Positions 23,987 through 33,585 of a stretch of 64,000 nucleotides of DNA are shown here, in pieces. A program made the position numbers and the translations under genes. The stretch is taken from the NCBI GenBank assembly GCA_010356995.1, contig ML996706.1:1-64000 (forward strand), given 5' to 3'. The notes beneath the pieces are model-generated. The model had not been told where the DNA came from. It worked only from the letters and a program-made list of their open reading frames with translations, and searched no databases. How positions within the stretch are numbered: position 1 is the first letter of the stretch; every line of letters starts with the position of its first letter. The stretch is from Trichodelitschia bisporula (Eukaryota).

Positions 23987-25241
23987 GATGGTGATGGCAT
24001 TCGAGCAATGCGGGCAGCAGAATTAGTCTTATGCTACTGAGGGCGGTTGGGATGGGGCGACGTTGTGTTTCGGCGAGGGGGAAACGTTTCAAGCTGCCTC
24101 TGCGTCGCCAATAGGTGGTTGACGTTTGGTTTCGCACGCCTCGAGACGGGATCGCGAGGGTTCGTGAGCGGGGAGGATTGTTTTGAGGTTGGGATGGCGT
24201 GTCGTTGATGGTTGACGTAGGGGCGTGCAACAGGACTGGGAGGTGAGCGCCGTGAGGACTTACACGGGCGCGAGGTTTGGACCGATAACACTGCAACTCC
24301 TCAGTGATGCAAACTCGCCACATCAACACATCGTAAGATAACTAGTCGATCCCACATGAAGCCTATCGTCCCAAAATCCACTTCTCCTCAACCTCGAAAT
24401 CTAGCATTACTACAGCATGGATAGCGCGCAAGGCCGGGGTTCAGCATCGACAGCGATCGACCGCCTAGCTACATGAAACCTGGTCCAGATCACTGCGTAT
24501 TCTGCGGAGAAGCTGGTCAGCTTCAGGAACACGGTTGAATGGATTTATACTGTGAAACTAACTGAGATGAGCGTTGACAAACTTCTTCGTTGAGTATGTA
24601 GGCCCCTATGGCGTCCTACTTACTCGTAACCCTCTCGGTCTCTCAATGGGTTCGATCCAGATACGGGAACGAAAGCGACGGATCTATCCCACCGATCGAA
24701 ATCCAGCCTGACGCGGATCAGCGGGGTTGAGAGCTCGGGCATAGTATTCTAACGCGGAGAATGCGGGGCAATATATTGTTGAAGATATCATCAATGCTCC
24801 AGGATACAAATGCACCGGCCATATAAGACCACCACCACCTCCCATCTATAAATATTCCGTGGAACACAAAACCACAGCATCACGCATCTCTAACCCAAAA
24901 TTCCAATCTGCACCGTTTGAATAAGCTTCCCTCCCCATCTCGCCCCAGCGAATAGAATCCACAACCCACTCTCGCGGCCTTCCGTGGTACACCTCGCCAT
25001 ATTACCACCATCACCGCATAACGAAAGAACCCACCGTCGCCCCCCATCCCAGCGATCATGCGAGGCCCCAGATCACCTCCGCATGGTCCCCGATCACCTC
25101 TCCACCGACCATCCGAGCAGGCATAAAAACTCCCCATCCCCGGGCACACCATGACCTCCCATCCATCTCATCATCACAATCCATCCATCTCAGCACCACC
25201 ATCTCAAACGTCACTCATTACCCTCCATCCCAACCTTCAAA

Positions 25242-25722
25242 ATGAAGCTCACCCTCACCCTCCTCCCTCTCGCCGCCCTCGCCGTGGCCCAAAAAGGCAA
25301 AGGCAGCACCCCAAAACCCAAAGGCGGATCCAGCGGCTTCGGCGGACTAGCAAGCCTCCTCGGCGGCGGCGCCGCCCTCCCACCAAACTGGTACTCCTCT
25401 CCAAATACTCCCTCCCCCTCCCCCCAAACCCATCCCTAACACCCCCAGCGCATTCTCCTGCCTCGCCGGGGCGGTCGACGTGTCCGCCATCCTCAGCGGC
25501 CTCAGCGGCGGGTCCAGCAGCGGCGCCCCGGCCAACCCCTGCGCCAGCCTCGCCAACATCCAGAGCGCGGAGTGTAGCTGCACGGGGAAGATAATTGACG
25601 TGCTGAAGGGGGATTGTATTACCAAGGCGTGTACCGCGCCGGCGGATGTCCAGGCCGCGTATGCGAATATTAATACTAAGTGTGCGGGGAAGGCGGGGTT
25701 TCCGATTAACCCGCCGGCTTAG
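25242..25722 (+). CDS. Small secreted CFEM-domain protein (140 aa); intron 25391..25448
   Basis: Signal peptide MKLTLTLLPLAALAVAQ. After splicing: PNC|AFSC-x26-C-x10-CSC-x11-C-x4-C-x16-C, eight cysteines in CFEM order. TATA-like tataaata upstream (~24848). Confidence 0.8.
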
Positions 25723-26050
25723 GTGAGGGGGGAGGTGTATATAAAATGGATGGTTGAAGCTACTCCGAGGGTGTGTGATGTGCTTGGGGTCTGTGATAAG
25801 ACGGCGACTACTTGATCATATTGAAATATGTGCCCGAGACAAAGGAATGGTCGAGTAGAAGTTCGATGCACCATCGTAGTCAGTCCCCAGGGGGAAGTAC
25901 GCGCATCATGAGTCCAATACCTACGCCCGGTTAGCAAATCTGCCACTCTGGAAAGTAACTTCACGCAAACATCACGAATCCCCTAGTCAACGTAAGATAG
26001 GCCGCCTTCGATCTATGCTATCTATGGTACACATGCCGCCATAACCGAGC

Positions 26051-28973
26051 CTAACTCTCCCACTCCGGATTCTGGTTCACGTTAGCCCACATCCCCAGCA
26101 TCTTACAAAAGTCACAAACTCACCTTCCGCAATATCACCAGCCCCTCCAGCGTATTGCTAACCGGAACATACTGCTCATCCTCCAACTCCGCACGCTCCC
26201 CATGTGACAGCAGCACCGGCGTACTCTGCGTCTGCCACCCCGTAATCGTCTTCGGCCGTCCAGCCGCACCAACCGTATCAACCGCCTGGCCTACGCGCAC
26301 ATTCACCGTCAGCGGCTGCAGGTCCTCGTCCAGCGTAATCAGCCAGCGGGGGTGCATCGCCGCCGCCAGGAAGTACAGCATGTAGTGCGAGTCCTTGAGA
26401 ACGAAGTCCTTGGCGTCGATAAGGGCGACGAGGACGGTGAGCAGCCCCGCCGCGCCAACGCGCGACAGTACCGCCCGATCCGTGTTGAACGGATTCACGC
26501 TCAATGTCCCCTTGCCCATGTGCAGCAGGCCCTGTGCGATGCGCACCATGAACAGCGCGTTCGCGTCCCGGTGGTAGTAGCTCGCGAGCTGGCGGAGCAG
26601 CTGCGCGAGGCGCGCGTTGTTGGTGCCCGCGCCCAGGAGACCCATGGCGAAGATGGCGTTGACCGCCACGTCGATGTCGTTGTCGTGGCTGTAGCGCGAC
26701 AGCGTGTCGTACACCTTCATTTGCGGGTTGGACGGGCTGATAAGGCCCATGGCCAGCGGTACGGCGCGCCGGATATTCGCCTCGCCGTAGTGCATTAGGT
26801 GCCCGAACTGGCGCAGGATCATTTCTTGTCCGATGTCCTCGCCCATGGCGACGAGGGAAAGGCCCAGCACGGCGTACGCCTGCAGCAGCTCATCGCCCTT
26901 CTTCGTCGCTTTGTCGTCGTCCTCGTCGATGTGTTCGTTGCAAATGTGCAGGAAGTTCTGCAGGTTAAGCACCTGTCCGGTGCCTGCCCACGCACACGCC
27001 TCGGCGAGCACCTGCGTGGCCTTGGCCATGGGGTGGTCGATCGCCTTGAGCGTTTCGACCAGCACGTCGACTTCCTCCTGCTGGCCAAAGTACAGCAGTG
27101 CGAGGCCGAGCGACATGAAGCGCGTCCACTTGTCATCGAGCTGCCGCTGCCGGTCCTCGTCAATCAGGGTCTCGAAGATGGCGCCGAGCACATCGCTGTT
27201 TGCCGTGCCGACGAAGACGAGACCCAGGGACAGCGCCGCCATGGCCGACACCCGCATCTCCTGCGATTTGTCCATGACGACCGGCAGAAGAATCTCAAGA
27301 ACCTCGTCTCTAGCCGACCCGGCATATGCGAGACCCAGGCCCATGATGGACGCGACGCGCTGATTGGGGCTTCCCTCATGCAGCTTCTCCGCGTCACCCA
27401 GCAGGGCCAACGCCGGTTCGGCGTCGTTGCGAACGCCGGAGCTCAAGATACCCGTCGCCAGCAGCGCACCGCACTTGACAGCGTCCTCATCAGCATACGT
27501 GAACGGATCAATCTTGTCAAGACCCATTTCGACGTCCCACGCCATCAACATGCCCACGGACGCAGCCGTCGACAGCATGCCCTCGTCCTTGGTCTTCCAC
27601 ACCCAGCTGCTCGCCTTGTCTTCCACCAGCATCAGCTTGTCGTCACCGAAGCCGTAGTTGACAAACGCGTTCACGAACGAGCTCGAAAGGTTGTGGCGCG
27701 CCGAGTCCGTGTTAGTCAGGCCGGCGGTGCGCATGTTCTCCAGGTGGGTCTTGTAGATGTCTTCGGGGGTCTTGGGCTCCAGAATGTTTAGCTCCTTGGC
27801 CAAGTACTTGAAGAACTCCGACTGCTTGGAGTTGTCAAGACAACCCTGGAGCTCAGAATCATCATCCGTGAGCGCCTCGGGCAGTGCGAGCTGTATCCGC
27901 TCCCGTGCCAGGAGGAAAGCCATCTGTCGCAGAATCGTCTTGTCCTTTGTAGAATCGAAGAAGGTCTGCTTAATCAGATCGAGGTCGTTGAGGCGAATGG
28001 CGAGCAGCAGCGCCTGCGTGTACTGGTCATACTGGCGGTAGATGCTATAAGCCGTCTTAAGGAACTCGTGATTGTCGGGATACGGGAGCAGGGCAACCAT
28101 GCTGGCAGCATTAGGGGAGCCCCAAACTGACAGATTCAAGCTTACCTAACCATGTACAAGCAAACGCGCGGGTAGGTGTCCTCGTCAAGGAACTCGGAGA
28201 TCTTGTCAATCATCTCCAGCTCGCTCAGCAGATCCACGGCATCGGCCTCGGCGTTGTGCTTGAGAAAGAACGGAATCAGGGACAGGGCCAACTGCTTCAA
28301 GTCCTCGACGCCCTTGGTCGACTTCTCGTCCTCAAGCCGCAGCTGCTGCTCGTCCCCAATCTCCAGCGCCAGATGGCGCATATACTCGTGGCCCCACGAG
28401 CCGATGTCCTTGCTCGGCGACAGCAGCCGGTACTTGAGCGTATCGTGGCGGTTCTGGTCCGAGTAGGTCATGCCCAGCACCGACAACATGTCAGCCAGAG
28501 ACGCCTTGTCCTCGCCCTCAGGCCACGACTCGTACGCCGCCTCGAGTTTCTCATAGTGCGGCCGCAGGAACTTGAGCGGCTTAGGCACAGCCGTCATTGA
28601 CGACGTCGACGTCTTGATGAATGTCTTGATGGCTTCCAGGGCCGGCTTGTAGAGGGAAGTGTCCGATTCCTGCGGCGTCAGCGTGGACTTCTACATATCT
28701 GGTCAGGCACGTACTAGTAACCGTTCAACGAGCATCTCCAGCTCCTCCTTCAGCTTCTGATCCTCCTCGCTCAGCTCCTCTGTGCGTGTTAGCCGCCGGT
28801 CTTGCATCCCCGCCACCTCGCCCTCACGTACCTGGTGGCAGGTCCGCCTTCGCATCTTTGCCGTCCTTAGACTTCTCCCCTTCCTTGGTCACATCGGCGA
28901 GATCATCGACCTTCGCCTTGCCCTTGTCCTGCGCGCTCGGTGGCGCCTTGCTGCCCTCCTCCCGGCTAGGCAT
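26051..28973 (-). CDS. RPN1: 26S proteasome regulatory subunit Rpn1 (PSMD2); introns 28780..28831, 28670..28714, 28102..28145, 26072..26123
   Basis: EELSEEDQKLKEELEMLVERL, SMTAVPKPLKFLRPHY, SWGHEYMRHLALEI, PC repeats, GAGTNNARLAQLLRQLASYY, VRIAQGLLHMGKG and VRVGQAVDTVG.AGRPKTITGWQT. Confidence 0.97.
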
Positions 28974-29319
28974 TATGGCGATGATTACGCAGCAAGCTAC
29001 GGACGAGGGAGATGCACGCGGGTGGGAGCGGTGGTACTACACGGTCGATGCAGGAGATGGCAGAGCAGTCGGTGGAGCAGGGTCAAACAGTAAAGAAGCA
29101 GAAGATGAAGTTGATGGAGCGGTGATGAGGTTGTTGCTTCGATGTGCCGTGCGCAAAGCTCACGGAGGAGCACCAGCAACACCTGGACTGGCGCCAAGCC
29201 GCGGAGCAGGGCACCCCTGCCCTCCCGACATCATCCAGAAGTTCTCCACCAAAAAATATCCAAAATACTCCATCGCGACCCCCACTTCAGCTGCACACTG
29301 CGCCCTCCCATCCGCAACC

Positions 29320-29388
29320 ATGAAGTTAGACGCCAAAAACATTCGCTACCTCTCGCAAGAGGACTGGCGCGTCCTCACAGCCGTAAAC

Positions 29389-29422
<34 letters not shown>

Positions 29423-30763
29423 CTAACCCCCCACCCCTAGGTCGAGCAAGGCGCCCGCAACCACGAAGTCGTTCCCACACCCCTAATCGTAACCCTCTCC
29501 TCCATCCGCAGCGGCGCCACCTCAGTGCACAAATGCATATCCTCCCTCGCCAAACCCGGCCTCATAGGCCGAGTCCGCAACGCCTCCTACGACGGCTACC
29601 GCCTAACCTACGGCGGACTCGACTATCTCGCACTCCACTCGCACCGCCAATCCGGCGCCGTCTACAGTGTAGGCAACCAAATCGGCGTCGGCAAAGAAAG
29701 CGACATCTACGTCGTGGCCTCGCCTTCTGGCCGGCGGCTGGTGCTCAAGCTGCACCGCCTGGGCCGCATCTCGTTCCGCACGGTCAAGGCTAACCGCGAT
29801 TATCTGCGCAACCGCAGCTCCGGCAGCTGGATGTACATGTCACGGCTGGCGGCGATGAAGGAGTACGCGTTCATGGTGGCACTGCGGGACGTCGGGTTCC
29901 CCGTCCCTGAGCCCGTGGCGCAGAACCGGCATACCATCGTCATGGAGCTGATCGATGCGTTTCCCCTCCGGCAAATCGCCAGCGTGCCCGACCCGGCGAA
30001 GTTGTACGCGAAGCTCATCAACTTGATCCTGCGACTCGCGCGCTTCGGCCTGATCCACGGTGATTTCAACGAGTTCAACATCCTGATCTCCGAAGTACCA
30101 GTCGACGCGCCCGCCCCCTCTGATCCTACCACCACTGAGGCCCCGTCAGACAGCCCCACCCCCACCCCCTCTTCAAACCCCGATACTCCCCCTCAGATCC
30201 GCCTCATCCCCACCCTAATCGACTTCCCCCAAATGCTCTCCATCTCGCACCCCAACGCAGAATCCTACTTCGACCGGGACGTAAACTGCATAAAGCGCTT
30301 CTTCGCCAAACGCTTCCACTTCACCCCCGACACCCCAGGACCCTTCTTCGCCGACGCCATCAAAGACGCAGGGCGTGGCTCGGGCGTCCGCCGTCTCGAT
30401 ATCGAAGTCGAGGCTACGGGGTTCAGCCGCAAAATGGCTAAGGAGTTGGAGGGGTATATGAAGGAGGTGGGTGTTGATGGGGATGGGGAAGGCGATCCGG
30501 GTGTTGGTGTTGAGGCTAGTGTTGAGGAGGAGTCTGATGAGGACTCGGATGAGGAGGATTACGATGTCCCTGAGCCGGAGCCGCAGGGGACGGTAGCACC
30601 GGAAACTGATTTGCCCGAGCTGGAAACGCTGCATATCACTGATGCGCCTAATGCGGGGCTCCCACCTATTGCTTCCCTAGCCCCCGCCATGGACGCGGCT
30701 CCTCCACCGCAGCGACGGGGCAAAGCTCCGTCAGCGAAGAAGACTGGCGGATGGGCTATATAG
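29320..30763 (+). CDS. RIO2: RIO2 atypical protein kinase (40S ribosome biogenesis); intron 29383..29440
   Basis: MKLDAKNIRYLSQEDWRVLTA|VEQGARNHEVVP, YDGYRLTYGGLDYLAL, IGVGKESDIY, LKLHRLGRISFR, GLIHGDFNEFN, IDFPQM and YFDRDVNCIKRFF. Confidence 0.97.
29390..29421 (+). repeat. Poly(C) homopolymer (32 C) inside the RIO2 intron
   Basis: Uninterrupted C run between the donor GTAAAC and the branch site GCTAAC. Confidence 0.95.
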
Positions 30764-31608
30764 TTGTCCGTCGATAGTCGTAATGAGTTATGGGTATTGT
30801 CTATCGTTTGTCCTATGCTCCGTGGAAGGCGTGTGCCGGGTCTCGAAGCTACGGAGATGACTCCACTTAAAGTACGCTTCTTGTATTCGTTGCGACCTTG
30901 TGTACCACGCGGCCAGACTTCTGGAAGTCGTCCGCTGCGTGCGAGCTGAGGGGTGAGCTTCGTCACACCTAAATCAACGTACAGAGAAGGCTGGAGACGA
31001 GAGCGAGCTCTGTCACACACCGTTTGTATCACTGAGAAGAACCACACAAGTCGAGGCAGCCACACATTGCCAATCATGCCCACATCGTAAAGCAAACTTG
31101 CCGTGAGATTCTTTCTACTAGTCATTCTCCACCCCTCGCGCCCCGAGCCGAACACCATTTTCACCACGCCCTGCGAAACGCCGACAAGGAAAAGGAAAAG
31201 GCGACCCGGCATCGGGGTCGCAAGGACTTAAAGCACAAAGCCATGAGAAAACAAACAAAGAAGGCGGAGATCGAAAAGGAAAATACATCGGGGCAACGGG
31301 GATCATTATCGTGCGAGAAACAGCAGTGTACTTGAAAACAGAAACCGACAGACATCGCACACAATTAGAGTCATCCATCTCACCGAGCTAGAACCATACT
31401 CCGCATATAACCCACTTCCCAGTAAACAGCTGACCTCATGATCTCCCTCAAGATCAAGTTCCATCTCAAGTTGCCAGTAAGCATGGCGAAGACTCATGAT
31501 ATACCGGGCAAACAAATGTACGGCGAAGCAAGGTTTGAAGCAGCAGATATGTAAGGCGGTAATGGTAAAGTCTGGGACGCGAAGTGTTGTGGACCAAGGT
31601 GGAGGCAC

Positions 31609-33585
31609 CTAACGGCTCTGGGTCTCAGGAGAAGCAGTTTGAGCCGGTGGGGTTGAGGGGAGCGAAAGCTTGTCATCGCCAACATCAACCAGCTTGCCGC
31701 TGCCGTCAGTAGCGGACTTGGTCGGCGTGTGTGTCTGCGGGGTCTGATGGCCAGACGTCTGCTCCGACTGGATCGTCGTCAGCGGAGGACGAGCAGGAAG
31801 GAAACCAGGACGAGCATTCATAACCGGGCGCGGGATATATGGACTGCTATTAGGTCAGTCAGAGCATATGAGAGTGCGGCACAGAACTCACTTGACGGTA
31901 TGCGGGTGCTGGATGTAACCGTCAAACGATGGGTCGCGCTGGACCGGGCTCACACTACCGGTACGGTCAGAGCCACCAGGAGGCGCAAGAAGGCCGTTGC
32001 GGCCTGCCTGGATGCAACCAAACTCAAATTCGGCAGCGCGGAACTGACGGGCAGCAGCAGTCTGCTGCTTGAGCATCTTCTGCTCATGGGTGTCGGAATA
32101 GCGGATCTGGATGATATGTTCATCGCCACCAGCCTTCACGACAGGCGTGTTGTTGAACTTCTTGATCACTTCTTCGCAGACATCGCGAGTCTCGAAACTG
32201 GTGGTGTCAGCCAGGTCCTAATAGTGTCGGTAAACTTACCGAGCAAAGCCGACACCACGGCCATTTCCGCTGTCATCACGAAGGATGCGAGCCGAGCAGA
32301 CCTTGTACGGGACGAAGCACATGGAGAGCTCATGCTCGTTCATGTTGCGCGGAATGTTCGATACGTAGAGGTTTGTGTTCGCCTCATCCGCAAACTTCTT
32401 GAGCTTCGCGTAGAACGACTCCTGCAAGGCGTCAGTAGGGAAGATGAGCAGTGAAGGAAGAGGGCAACTGACGCGCGCAAAGCTGACTTCGTAGCCCAGG
32501 TAGTGAAAACCACGAATGCAGTTCTCAGCATCCTCGAAGTTGTGGTACTTGATGAAACCGAACCTGGCACATTAGCATTGCGGCATCTTGAACTCAGAAT
32601 CGACTTACCCCTTGCACAAGTTCGTCTTCAGGTCGATGATCGACTTGGAGCTCTGAATATCACCGAAGCGGATGCCCCAGCTGTGGAGCATCTCGTCCGT
32701 GGTCTCCGGGAGCAAGCCGCGAATGTAGACATTCGTCTCCCCGTTTTTGTTCTCGAGGCAGCGATCCAGGGGTTTCATAGGCGAGCTAGGGGCAGGGATC
32801 GCACGAGGAATCGCAGGATCTTGCTGAACAAGAAGCTGGAGCTTCAGAGTGACGTGGCTCGTAACGGGAGACTTGCCATTCTGAGAAACAGCATAGGGGG
32901 CCATGAACTGCGACGGCGACGGGGTGCCACTGTGGCTGAAGACGCCAGACGGCGAGCGATCCATGACCGCAACACCGTTGTGGTAGCCACCATAGGCGGC
33001 GTACGGGGTCGGAGGAAGATGCTCCTCGTTGGAAGACACCGAATCACGTCGAGGCGTGACGAGGGTAGGCAAGCCTTGGGAGCCGTCGGACGGCACACGA
33101 GGAGTCCAATTCTGGCCAGGCTGGCCATGCTGGCCGTTGTCTTGCTGGACATGCGGAGCGTAGCCCGGGAAAGCCGGCTGTGGGACGTAGTGAGCGACCG
33201 GTGCGAACATGCCGTTCGGCGGCGGGTTGCCCGCGGGCCCGGTCATGACATGACCGCCGTAGATGACGTGCGGCTGGCCGTGCATCATCATGGGCTGATG
33301 GGCTCCCATGGCGACGTTCCCATACTCCTGGGAAGGGGCTGCGAAATGTGAGTTCGCGCGAGGAGGAGGCCCGTAGGGAGCAGTCTGAAGGTTCATCCCA
33401 CCAAAGCCTTGAGCAAGGGCGGCGACACTATTATCCCCGTGCTGAACCATCGGAGCGCCAGCAGTGAGATACTGCGCGGCTCGGAGGGCCGAAGCCTGAG
33501 AGGCATACGGACCCGCGAGCGGGTAGCCGTGAGGAGCAGGGAAAGATGCCTTGCGATGAGCAGAGTAATCGACGTTCCCGGACAT
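31609..33585 (-). CDS. Two-RRM RNA-binding protein (RBMS/MSSP; S. pombe Spo5-like), four coding-region introns
   Basis: ETNVYIRGLLPETTDEML...LCKG|FGFIKYHN..AENCIRGF..LGYEVSFAR|ESFYAKLK..NTNLYVSNIP..RGVGFAR|FETRDVCEEVIKKFN..IQIRYSDTHEQK. Low-complexity G/P/Q/Y N-terminus. Last exon via intron 31847..31891. Confidence 0.88.

Noticed and set aside
26799..27791. 330-aa plus-strand ORF (similarly 32503..33351 and 39598..40725)
   Set aside because: Antisense shadows of RPN1, the RRM gene and cprA; no independent motifs.
28786..29793. 335-aa ORF with a poly-Pro tract
   Set aside because: Chimera of RPN1 antisense, promoter, RIO2 exon 1 and the unspliced poly(C) intron.
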